A DNA stretch of 64,000 nucleotides from Holophagales bacterium (lineage in GTDB: Bacteria; Acidobacteriota; Thermoanaerobaculia; Multivoradales; JAGPDF01). The notes under the pieces were generated by a model. That model made no database searches, was not told the DNA's origin, and saw nothing but the letters and a program-made list of their open reading frames with translations. Of this stretch, positions 49,538 to 58,264 are shown one piece after another. The translations under genes and the position numbers were made by a program. The stretch covers positions 4,172,130 through 4,236,129 of the forward strand of contig CP064972.1 of the NCBI GenBank assembly GCA_016699405.1, written 5' to 3'. Within the stretch, counting starts at the first letter, position 1; every line of letters begins with the position of its first letter.

Positions 49538-49706
49538 CTAGTCGGCGGCCGGAGCGCCTTCGCCCTCGGCGCCGGCCGACTCGGTCGGCTCGCCATCCTC
49601 ACCGACGTCGCGACGCTCGGCCCGACGCTGCTGCTTCTCGAGCTTCTTGGCCTTCTTCGCCAACTCCTTCTGCCGCTTCTCGTGCTGGTAGTTGCGTGTG
49701 GCCACT
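49538..49706 (-). CDS. candidate small basic/acidic protein (55 aa, GTG start)
   Basis: AAAGGGAG RBS 7 nt before the GTG. Encodes (M)ATRNYQHEKRQKELAKKAKKLEKQQRRAERRDVGEDGEPTESAGAEGEGAPAAD. It lies 105 nt upstream of the RRM gene on the same strand. Absent from the ORF track because the start is non-ATG. Confidence 0.3.
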
Positions 49707-50075
49707 AGTCTCCCTTTCCCAATTTGTCCGATGCTCCGACGGGGTCTCCCCTCCGGGCAGCCCCCGCCCTACCGACTCGACCGGCCGACCGCTGCGACCG
49801 GGAAGACCCGACACCCCGGAGAGAACCGTCCCGAACCGACGGCGGGCTCTGATCCCGACGCCCCGGCCGATCGGGCGGCGGCACGACCCTCTCCCGGGCA
49901 ACCGTTGGGCGAATCGTACCAGCTACGCCGCGCAGATGCCTCCCGTCCGACCTCCCGCCTTTACTCAGCCGCGAGAGTCGGGCTAGATTGAGGGCATCGG
50001 CGGAGCGCCTGCCGCACTTCCAGCCCGGCCCGGCCGGGCCGATCAGCCTCGACGACCCCTGTACGGCCAGAGACC

Positions 50076-50798
50076 ATGGGACGCATTTTCGAAACTCGCA
50101 AGCACACGATGTTCGCCCGCTGGGACCGGATGGCGAAGCAGTTCGCCCGGATCGGCAAGGAAATCACCATCGCCGTGAAGGCGGGCGGGCCCGAGCCCGC
50201 CGCCAACCCGCTCCTCCGCCGGGTGATCCAGAATGCCCGCGCGGTCAACATGCCGAAGGACAAGGTCGAGTCGGCGATCAAGCGCGCCGCCGGCAAGGAG
50301 GCGGAGAGCTACGACGAGATCCTCTACGAGGGTTACGCGCCGCACGGCGTCGCCGTTCTCGTCGAGACCGCCACGAACAACCCGACGCGCACCGTTTCGA
50401 GCCTGCGCACCCACTTCAACAAGCACAACGGCAACCTCGCCACCCCGGGCAGCGTCGCCTTCGGCTTCAAGAAGATGGGTGTCTTCCGCCTCCATCCGGC
50501 AGGGCTGCAGCAGGAAGAGCTCGAGCTCGAGCTGATCGACCACGGGCTCGAGGAGATGGGCGAGAGCGTCGGCGAAAAGGGCGAGCCGCTCCTGGTGATC
50601 CGCTGCGCTTTCGCCGAGTTCGGCCAGTTGCAGAAGGCGCTCGAGGACCGGCACATCACCCCGATCTCGGCCGAGTCGGAGTGGATCCCCAACACCCCGG
50701 TCGAGCTCTCCGAAGCGCACGCCACCGAGGTGCTCAAGCTCATCGACGTCATCGAGCAGGACGACGACGTCCAGAAGGTCTTCCACAACCTCGGCTGA
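50076..50798 (+). CDS. yebC: YebC/PmpR-family transcriptional regulator
   Basis: Strong family match across the full length ([35 protein letters not shown]…). Confidence 0.9.
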   Translation: MGRIFETRKHTMFARWDRMAKQFARIGKEITIAVKAGGPEPAANPLLRRVIQNARAVNMPKDKVESAIKRAAGKEAESYDEILYEGYAPHGVAVLVETATNNPTRTVSSLRTHFNKHNGNLATPGSVAFGFKKMGVFRLHPAGLQQEELELELIDHGLEEMGESVGEKGEPLLVIRCAFAEFGQLQKALEDRHITPISAESEWIPNTPVELSEAHATEVLKLIDVIEQDDDVQKVFHNLG

Positions 50799-50802
50799 CG
50801 CG

Positions 50803-51498
50803 CTAGAGCGCGATGCCGAAGAGCTTCCCGACCCCGGCGGTCAGGGCCATGGCGAGCGCCCCCCAGAAGGTCACCCGGAGGGCTCCGCGCGCCACCGAGG
50901 CGCCCCCGGCGTAGGCCGCGACGCCGCCGAGCAGCGTCAAGGCGACGAGCGTCGTCGCCACCGTCAGCTGAGTCACCCACTCGGCCGGCGCGACGATCGC
51001 CGGCACGACCGGCAGCACCGCGCCCACCGCGAATGCCGCCGCCGACGCCAGAGCGGCCTGGACCGGCCGGGCGCGCAATGTCTCGGTGATTCCCAGCTCG
51101 TCGCGTGCGTGCGCAGTCAGCGCGTCGCCCGCCGTCAGCTGCGCCGCCACCCGGCCGGCGAGCTCGGCGTCGAGACCCCGCTCGACGTAGATCTTCGTCA
51201 GCTCCGCAAGCTCCGCCTCCGGCTCGTCGGCGAGCTCGCGCCGCTCGCGTCCGAGGTCGGCCTCTTCGGTGTCGGCCTGCGACTGGACCGACACGTACTC
51301 ACCGGCGGCCATCGACATCGCCCCGGCCGTGAGCCCGGCGATGCCGGAGAGCAGGATTCCCGATCGTGGGGCGCCGCCGGCGGCGACACCGACCACCAGG
51401 CTGGCGACCGACACGACGCCGTCGTTGGCCCCCAGCACCGCAGCACGCAGCCAGCCCACGCGGTGCGCGCGATGGGTCTCGAGATGAACGGAACGCAT
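50803..51498 (-). CDS. VIT1/CCC1-family iron/manganese transporter
   Basis: …LRAAVLGANDGVVSVASLVVGVA… plus C-terminal TMs. Start at MRSVHLE rather than the upstream ATG. Confidence 0.75.
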   Translation of the reverse strand: MRSVHLETHRAHRVGWLRAAVLGANDGVVSVASLVVGVAAGGAPRSGILLSGIAGLTAGAMSMAAGEYVSVQSQADTEEADLGRERRELADEPEAELAELTKIYVERGLDAELAGRVAAQLTAGDALTAHARDELGITETLRARPVQAALASAAAFAVGAVLPVVPAIVAPAEWVTQLTVATTLVALTLLGGVAAYAGGASVARGALRVTFWGALAMALTAGVGKLFGIAL

Positions 51499-51568
51499 GC
51501 GGACCTCTCTGACGGGCGACACCGCCCGTCGGCGGTGCGCCGACGACGAGCCCACCCGGGTCAGTATC

Positions 51569-52477
51569 TCACCGCGTCTCTCGCGCCCCTGCCCGCCGCG
51601 CGAGCAGGCCCTGGGCGAAGGCGACACCGACCGCCGCGAGGGCGACGCCGGCCACCTGCGGCGGACCGAGCCGCTCCCCGAGCGCGAGCCAGCCGAGAAC
51701 GGCCACCTGCACCAGCATCGTGTTGTTCAGCAGGCTCGAGTCGGTCGCCGAGAGGGTCCGCTGCGTGCGGTTCCAGAGGGTGAAGGCGAAGGCCGTGTTC
51801 ACCGTCGCGAGCCAGGCGACGATCGCCCATCCCGTCGCCGTCGGACGAGGCAGCCCTTCGCTCGCAAAGCCGACGGCGAGCAGGGCCGCGGCGCCGCAGG
51901 CCATGCTCACCGCGGTGACCGCGAGCGGCGAGAGCTCCCGCCGGCGGTTCACGGCGCGACCGAGCAGCGCCGCCGCCGCGTTCGCGACGAGGCCGACCGC
52001 CGCGATCGCGAGCCCCACCCCGTGTCCCGCCGAGAGAGCCCCGGGGCCGAAGTACAGGCTCGCGCCGAGCAGGAAGACGGCGATCCCCCCCCACTGACGA
52101 CGCGCGAGGGGCTCGCCGAGCAGCGGCGCGCTCGCCAGCGCCACGGCCAGCGGCGTGAACGCCAGCACCAGGCTCACCGAGGCCGCCGGCAGGCGCGCGA
52201 GCGCGGCGAACTGCGCTCCCTGGGTGAGGGCGAAGAGGATCAGGCCGAGGGCGCCGAGACGCAGCCAATCCCGCCCACCGAGCCCGCGCAACGCCGCCCG
52301 CTCCGACCGGTCGCACAGCAGGAGCGACAACAGCAGCAGGGCGCCGAGGCCGTAGCGCAACCCGGCGAAGGCGAGCGGCGGCAGGCCGCGCAGCCCGAGC
52401 TTGATGAAGACCCAGGAGGTCGACCAGAGGAAGGTGACGAAGAGCGCCTGGGCGACCGCGGCACGACGCGACGACAT
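51569..52477 (-). CDS. EamA/DMT-family transporter
   Basis: 10-TM profile with duplicated EamA-like halves. Confidence 0.7.
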   Translation of the reverse strand: MSSRRAAVAQALFVTFLWSTSWVFIKLGLRGLPPLAFAGLRYGLGALLLLSLLLCDRSERAALRGLGGRDWLRLGALGLILFALTQGAQFAALARLPAASVSLVLAFTPLAVALASAPLLGEPLARRQWGGIAVFLLGASLYFGPGALSAGHGVGLAIAAVGLVANAAAALLGRAVNRRRELSPLAVTAVSMACGAAALLAVGFASEGLPRPTATGWAIVAWLATVNTAFAFTLWNRTQRTLSATDSSLLNNTMLVQVAVLGWLALGERLGPPQVAGVALAAVGVAFAQGLLARRAGARETR

Positions 52478-52597
52478 CCGCCTATTCTGCCGGGAATCGT
52501 CCGCGCCGCGCCGAGGCGCGGCATCGGACGCCGCCCCGCGCGAGGCCGAGGAGGGTCGGCCTCGTCTCGCCGGACGCTCCGCGACCGGGCGGCCCGC

Positions 52598-53068
52598 TCA
52601 GATCCCCGGCAGCCGCGCGAAGGAACAGGCGAGCCCGAGCCCGCGAAGGGTCCCGGGGAAGGTGTGCCAGAACCCTCCGGGGTCGTCGTCGACCCGCACC
52701 ACGCCGTCACGCCGCATCAGCTCGAGCCGCGGGCCCTGGGTGAAGTGAAACAGCGCGTCGCCCGCCGTGGCGCGCAGCGCCGTCCCGACGACCAGGGCGA
52801 TACGCCGGTGGATCGGTGCCGGATCGAGCTGTTTGGCCTGCGTCAGGAGCATCTCGACATCGGCGGCGACGCCGTGCCGCGCCGCCCAGGCGCGACTCGA
52901 CTCCTCGAGGTCGTCGTTGACCCAGACCGCCAGACCCGGCCCGGACAGACGCAGACCGAGACGCGCCTCGCTCGCCGACTGCAGCTCCAGGCCGGTGTCG
53001 CGAACGAGCCGCTCCGCACAACTCGCCGCCGTGAGACCGGCGACGCAGAAGTAGTAGTCGAGAGACAT
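52598..53068 (-). CDS. hypothetical cytoplasmic protein (156 aa)
   Basis: ORF with balanced composition nested in the R/A-rich track ORF 52598..53893. Start at MSLDYYFC. Confidence 0.45.
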   Translation of the reverse strand: MSLDYYFCVAGLTAASCAERLVRDTGLELQSASEARLGLRLSGPGLAVWVNDDLEESSRAWAARHGVAADVEMLLTQAKQLDPAPIHRRIALVVGTALRATAGDALFHFTQGPRLELMRRDGVVRVDDDPGGFWHTFPGTLRGLGLACSFARLPGI

Positions 53069-53100
53069 CCCCGTCCTCCTCCCCGGCGCCAACGGCGCCG

Positions 53101-53547
53101 TCAGCCCCCCGCCAGGCGCCGGAAGGTGCCGCGCACGTCGCGTTCGTACACGATGGCGAGCTGCCGGCGGAAATCCCCCTCCTCCCCGGAGAACGCCAGG
53201 GCGAACGCCCGCTCGATCTCCGGACGATCGACGAACACGCCGGCGAGCCAGGCCACCCTCGCTCCTTCGACGATCGGCCAGGCCGGTTGCGCCGCGTCGC
53301 CCTCGTCCATCCAGTCGACGATCGCACAGAGCAGCGCGATCGCCGCCCCGTTCCGAAGCAGGTCGAGGTCGAGGGCGAGACGCTCGCCGGTCGCCAGGCG
53401 CGCATCGACGAAATCGAGCGGGGCGAAGTACCCGGTGTCGATCCCGTGTCCGAACCCGCCGTAACGCTCGACCATGTCGGCGTAGAGGAAGAGGATGTCG
53501 CGCAGCGCCCCTTCGGCGGCCACCTGTCCCGTGAGCGTGATCTCCAT
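53101..53547 (-). CDS. hypothetical protein (148 aa)
   Basis: GGAGGGAGG RBS before the ATG at 53547 (MEITLTGQVAAEG…). Confidence 0.5.
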   Translation of the reverse strand: MEITLTGQVAAEGALRDILFLYADMVERYGGFGHGIDTGYFAPLDFVDARLATGERLALDLDLLRNGAAIALLCAIVDWMDEGDAAQPAWPIVEGARVAWLAGVFVDRPEIERAFALAFSGEEGDFRRQLAIVYERDVRGTFRRLAGG

Positions 53548-53744
53548 CCTCCCTCCGATGCCGCACGCGGAGAGAGAACCTGCCGTGGCACCGCCACCGG
53601 ACCCGACCCCGACCGACGTGCAGCGACCGGCTCTCCCACCCCGCCCTCTGATGCGCCGCGGCCGGCGATCGGGGGACAGGCGGTCGCGCATCGGGAGGAG
53701 CGGCTTGTCGCGGAGGGCGCCCCGGTTGCGCCTCGGGTCGTTGC

Positions 53745-54104
53745 TCAGCGGGCCAGCCAGGTGGCAGCCAGCGCGATCGCACCGGGGAGGGCCTGGACCC
53801 AGAGAATGGTGCGCTTCGCCGTCGCCGCACCGAAGAGACCGGCCACGACCACGCAGACCAGGAAGAAGACCCGCACCGCCTGCCCCGCCGCACCGAGGGT
53901 CACACCCCAGACGAGGCCGGCGGCGAGGAAGCCGTTGTAGAGACCCTGGTTCGCGGCAAGCGGAGCGGCCGCGGACATCACCTCGCGCGGCAGTCCGAAG
54001 ACGCGACGGCCGATCGGCTTCGTCCAGAGGAACATCTCGAGCACGAGGAAGCCGAGATGCAGCGCAGCGACGACGAGCACGGCAACGGTGGCGAAGGTCG
54101 ACAT
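53745..54104 (-). CDS. DUF1304-family small membrane protein
   Basis: MSTFATVAVLVVAALHLGFLVLEMFLW… Four TM segments. Confidence 0.55.
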   Translation of the reverse strand: MSTFATVAVLVVAALHLGFLVLEMFLWTKPIGRRVFGLPREVMSAAAPLAANQGLYNGFLAAGLVWGVTLGAAGQAVRVFFLVCVVVAGLFGAATAKRTILWVQALPGAIALAATWLAR

Positions 54105-54150
54105 CGACTCTCCCTTTCGGTCTCGGCCGCGACAGCGGTCGCGTCCGATG

Positions 54151-54894
54151 TCAGAGCATGGCGGCGAATTCGGCGGCCAGGCGATGCGCGTCGCCGGGCC
54201 AGCGGGCCGAAAGATAGTGCCCGTCACGGACGGTGAACCCGCGGTCGAGCTGGCCGGGGGCGTCGCGTCGCAGGCTCGCCGGACCGCGCTCGAAATGCGC
54301 CGGCGCGGCAAGCGCCTCCGTCACCTCCCCTTCGACCGTCACGGGGTAGGTTCGGTAGTAGCTCCCCAACCAGGCGCGAGTGAGCCACCACGCGGCGAGC
54401 TCCATCCGTCGCGGCAACGCCGTCGTCCGTCGACCATGGAGGACCGAGCGACCGTCCGTCCGGCGGGAGCGCGCCGCGAGCACCACCCCGTGACAGATCG
54501 CCGCCACCGGCTTGCCCGCGGCGAAGCTCTCGGCCACCGCGCGTTGCAGGAGCGGCGACTCGAGGTAAGGGCGCATCCCCGGCGCGTGCCCGCCCGGGAG
54601 CAGCAGCGCGTCGTAGGCGAGCGCAGCGATCGCCTCCCAGGGGAGCGGCGCGGCGAACTCCCGGCTCGCCGCCATCGCGCGGTACGCCTCCCGGCCGTGG
54701 CGATCGGCCACGAGAAACGGCGCGAACGGGCCGAGCCCGCGGCCGGTGAGCATCCGCGGGTCCGCCTGCGCCGGTCGTCCGTCGGGGGTCGCGACGACGA
54801 CGTGGTGTCCGCGCTCGGAGAGCGTGCGCCACGGCACCCCGCTCTCGGTCGGGTCGACGTCGGCCGCCGGCAGCGGCAGGAGGACGACAGCCAT
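54151..54894 (-). CDS. DJ-1/PfpI (class I glutamine amidotransferase-like) family protein
   Basis: …GKPVAAICHGVVLAA… nucleophile-elbow Cys context. Confidence 0.7.
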   Translation of the reverse strand: MAVVLLPLPAADVDPTESGVPWRTLSERGHHVVVATPDGRPAQADPRMLTGRGLGPFAPFLVADRHGREAYRAMAASREFAAPLPWEAIAALAYDALLLPGGHAPGMRPYLESPLLQRAVAESFAAGKPVAAICHGVVLAARSRRTDGRSVLHGRRTTALPRRMELAAWWLTRAWLGSYYRTYPVTVEGEVTEALAAPAHFERGPASLRRDAPGQLDRGFTVRDGHYLSARWPGDAHRLAAEFAAML

Positions 54895-54903
54895 GAGCGG
54901 AGC

Positions 54904-55605
54904 TCAGATCCCTGCGGCGAGCGAGGCGGCGATCGTCGGCGGCTCGACCGCCGCGGCGAGCCGCGCCAGCCGCTGTCGGGCCGACTCCGCGGCGCTCGCC
55001 ACCTCGGACTCGCCGGTGAGGCAGAGGTCGAGGTCGCGCAACAGCCCGTCGCTCAGCGCATAGAGCCAGCCGTGGACGGCCAGCTCCTGGCCGCGCGCCC
55101 AGGCGTCGCGCACCACCGTCGTCTGTGCCACGTTGACCACCTGCTCGATGACGTTGAGCTCGCAGAGGCGGTCGTGACGTGCCCGTTCGTCGGGCAACGC
55201 GTCGAGGATCGACCGACTCTTCGAGCAGACGTCCTCGACGTGCCGCAGCCAGTTGTCGGCCAATCCGAGCTTGGTGCCGCGCAGAGCGGCGAGCACGCCG
55301 CCGCAACCGTAGTGGCCGCAGACGATGATGTGACCGACATGCAGCACGTCGACGGCGAACTGGATCGTCGACAGACAGTTGAGATCGGTGTGGACGACGA
55401 CGTTGGCGATGTTGCGATGGACGAACATCTCCCCGGGCAGCAGGCCGACGATCTGGTTGGCCGGCACGCGGCTGTCGGAGCAGCCGATCCAGAGGTAGCT
55501 CGGCGCCTGCTGCCCGGCGAGGCGGTCGAAGAACTGCGGATCGCGCCGGCGCAGCTCGTCGGCCCAGGCGCGATTGCCGGCGAAAAGGTGTTGCAGTCGT
55601 CGCAT
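54904..55605 (-). CDS. beta-class carbonic anhydrase
   Basis: CSDSR and GHYGCGG zinc-ligand motifs. Confidence 0.85.
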   Translation of the reverse strand: MRRLQHLFAGNRAWADELRRRDPQFFDRLAGQQAPSYLWIGCSDSRVPANQIVGLLPGEMFVHRNIANVVVHTDLNCLSTIQFAVDVLHVGHIIVCGHYGCGGVLAALRGTKLGLADNWLRHVEDVCSKSRSILDALPDERARHDRLCELNVIEQVVNVAQTTVVRDAWARGQELAVHGWLYALSDGLLRDLDLCLTGESEVASAAESARQRLARLAAAVEPPTIAASLAAGI

Positions 55606-55685
55606 GGTCTCTTGGGCTCCTCGCGGTCGAATCCCAGGTCCGGCGGAGTTGGCGAACGATACAGGAATTCGCGCCGACGTCGGCG

Positions 55686-56300
55686 TCAGGCGAGCAGACG
55701 CTGGCCGGCCGCGCAGGCGGCGATCAACCGCGCGAGGCGGCGCGCTCGCGTGGCCGGTTGCTTGGCGCTCACTACCCAGTAGGTCAACGTCCGCCGGTAG
55801 CTCGGCGGGGCGGCCGCGAACCAAGCCCAGGCGGCCTCGTGCCGCTGGAACTCGGCAAGCAGCGCCGGCTCGAGCTCGAGCGCCCCGGCCTGCTCGTAGG
55901 AGTAAACGCTCGACCTGCGCTCGATCCGCTGATCGAAGGCGGCTCGACCGGCCTCGGTCATCCTCCCGGCGGCGATCAACGCCTCGGCACGCGCGATATT
56001 GACCGCGCTCCAGATCGACCCGTCGCGGCGCGGCGTGAACCGGATCTGGTAGGCCTCGTCGTCGATTCGCTGCCGCACGCCGTCGATCCAACCGACACAG
56101 AGCGCCTCGTCGACCGACTCCGGCCAGGTGATGCTCGCTCTTCCCGACCCGACCTTGTAGAACCCGGCGACGAGCTCCGGCGCGGTCGCCGCGTGCTCGA
56201 CGAACCAGGCGCGCAGCGCCGCGGCATCGCGGAAGAAGCGCGGCGTCGCGCGCGCCGGCGTGCGCTTCTGCCGTCTTCCGATCGACGGTCGCTCGCTCAT
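55686..56300 (-). CDS. YdeI/OmpD-associated (DUF1801-like) family protein
   Basis: Family-typical N-terminal region (…FFRDAAALRAWFVEHAATAPELVAGFYK…). Confidence 0.6.
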   Translation of the reverse strand: MSERPSIGRRQKRTPARATPRFFRDAAALRAWFVEHAATAPELVAGFYKVGSGRASITWPESVDEALCVGWIDGVRQRIDDEAYQIRFTPRRDGSIWSAVNIARAEALIAAGRMTEAGRAAFDQRIERRSSVYSYEQAGALELEPALLAEFQRHEAAWAWFAAAPPSYRRTLTYWVVSAKQPATRARRLARLIAACAAGQRLLA

Positions 56301-56755
56301 CGCGGAGGTCTCGTCCCCGGCCCGATCGGCTCGTCGCGCGGAGCACCCGAGCTCTCCTCTCCGTCGGCCGGCACGACGTGCGCTCCCCGCTCGGCGAGCA
56401 GAGCTCGCAGGACGCTGCGGTGACAGCGGCTCTCGTCGGCGCAGTAGCAGCCGAGCGAGAGGCTCGCGGAATGGGAGAGCGCTGCCAGCAGGTCGAGAGC
56501 GTGCTGGGCGGCCGGCTCCTTCAGCTCGGCGCGGAAGCGGCGCAGGAACGCCTGCCACTCCGCCGGCGTCGTCGCCACCTGACCGAGCTTCATCGTCTCG
56601 GCGCTCGGCGCGAGCGTGGGAAACCAGACGTCGTACCAGTCGCCCGAAGCGAACTCCTGCTTCGGCACGCCGCGCGGCGGGCGGCGCACGGTGCCGATCC
56701 TCGTCCCTTCGCCGGCGGCGCGTGGACTTCCCAGTCGGACGATTCGCAAGGCCAT
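56297..56755 (-). CDS. DUF488-family protein
   Basis: …DWYDVWFPTLAPS…LLAALSHSASLSLGCYCADESRCHRSVL…. Confidence 0.7.
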   Translation of the reverse strand: MALRIVRLGSPRAAGEGTRIGTVRRPPRGVPKQEFASGDWYDVWFPTLAPSAETMKLGQVATTPAEWQAFLRRFRAELKEPAAQHALDLLAALSHSASLSLGCYCADESRCHRSVLRALLAERGAHVVPADGEESSGAPRDEPIGPGTRPPR

Positions 56756-56815
56756 CTCGACCTCCTCCCGGGCTCGCCGCCCGGCACGCCGTGTCGCGCG
56801 AGCGCGCCCCGGCGC

Positions 56816-57235
56816 CTACTCGAACGAATGGAGGTATTCGGCGAAGCGCTCGTTGAAGAGCGCTCCGGGCCGACAGGCGCGCAGGCGGGTCACCGCCTCT
56901 GCGCCACTCATCCCGAAACGGCAGAGGGTCAGACCGGCGACCAGCGCCGAGCGGTTGAACCCCATGCCGCAATGCGAGAGCACCCGATGCCCGCCGCGGA
57001 TCAGCGACGCGGCGAGATCGGCCACCGCATGCAGCTTCGCCAGGTTGGGCAGCTCCTCGTCGTAGATCGGGAAGTAGAGGTAGAGGATCTCGTTCGGGAC
57101 CGTCGGCACGCCGTGGTCCAATCCGCCTTCGAGGTCGATGATCACGTCGATCCCTCGCTCGGCGAGCGGTGTCCAATCGCGAATGGCGGGCGAGATGAAC
57201 AGCGCCCCGTCGTCGTCGACCTGGAAGAGGTGCAT
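56816..57235 (-). CDS. dual-specificity/tyrosine protein phosphatase
   Basis: HCGMGFNRS (HCxxGxxRS) P-loop. Confidence 0.75.
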   Translation of the reverse strand: MHLFQVDDDGALFISPAIRDWTPLAERGIDVIIDLEGGLDHGVPTVPNEILYLYFPIYDEELPNLAKLHAVADLAASLIRGGHRVLSHCGMGFNRSALVAGLTLCRFGMSGAEAVTRLRACRPGALFNERFAEYLHSFE

Positions 57236-57408
57236 TGCCGGGATTCTATCCGCGACCCGTCACGAGGGGGCCAGGCTGCGGCTGTCCGCTCGCTGACCGG
57301 GGTGCGCCCCCGACCGCGCGACTCGGGACATCGCCGCCCGGCGCCGGGCGCGGACGACCCTCGCCGTCCTCGTCCCGGCCGCGCGGGCGGCGAACGATCT
57401 CCAGACCG

Positions 57409-58050
57409 TCAGATGACCCGCATCACCGTCGTGCTCAGGAAATCGGCATGCGGCGGCTTGCTGGCGACCTTCTCGCCATACGCCCGCCACTTCGGGTCCG
57501 CCGCCAGGGTCGACCAGTGCTTGGCCCACTCCGTGAAGTTCCGGTAGTAGGCCATCGTCGCCGTGACGCCGTGCGGGTCACTCGCCCCCGAGCGCAGCAT
57601 CCGCACCTTGGCGCCCAGCCCTTCGCTGATCGCCTTGCCTTCGCGCATCCACCCATGCACCTCCGACTCCTTGCCGTGATGGACCCGGTAGGTCCCCAGG
57701 GCCACGACGCCGTACGAACCGATCGCGTCGCCGGGCAGCTCGAACCCCGGGATCTCCCAGTAGTCCACGGCGCCAGCCGGGACGAGCGCCTGCGCGCCGC
57801 GACCGCGCTCGACGAAGGCCTGGGCGTCGCGGTGCGCATAGGCCGCGTCCAGAGCGCCACCGTAGGTTGCAGCGCTCTCGAATTCCAGCACGAGGCTGAG
57901 CGTGTTCTGGACCCCGCCGAGGACCAGCGTGCTTACGTGACCCCGTGCACCGAAGCCCTTCATCATCTCGAGCGCTTCCTTCAGGAGCGCCTCGGCATCG
58001 CCTTCCTTTCCCTGCACGGGCAAGTAGCTCGAAACCGCCAGAACCGCCAT
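57409..58050 (-). CDS. hypothetical protein, two internally similar ~100-aa halves (possible tandem dimeric α+β-barrel domains)
   Basis: Balanced composition. Internal repeat (…HVSTLVLGG… and …YGVVALGTYRVHHG…). Confidence 0.5.
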   Translation of the reverse strand: MAVLAVSSYLPVQGKEGDAEALLKEALEMMKGFGARGHVSTLVLGGVQNTLSLVLEFESAATYGGALDAAYAHRDAQAFVERGRGAQALVPAGAVDYWEIPGFELPGDAIGSYGVVALGTYRVHHGKESEVHGWMREGKAISEGLGAKVRMLRSGASDPHGVTATMAYYRNFTEWAKHWSTLAADPKWRAYGEKVASKPPHADFLSTTVMRVI

Positions 58051-58264
58051 CGCCTTCTCCTTTCGATGCTGTTGTCTGCCAACGACCGTGCCGGCGCGAC
58101 GGGCGCTCGAGCGAGCCCCGGCTCGTCAGCCGGACTTTCGTGTCACGACGAATTCACCCGGCCCGGAGCGGAGGGGGCGGCCCCCGGGGTCGGGCGCTCT
58201 CGAGCCGCCACCCGCGGCGTTCGTCCGGTACGCTCTCGCCGTTTGCCATGTCGGTGCCCGCGAC

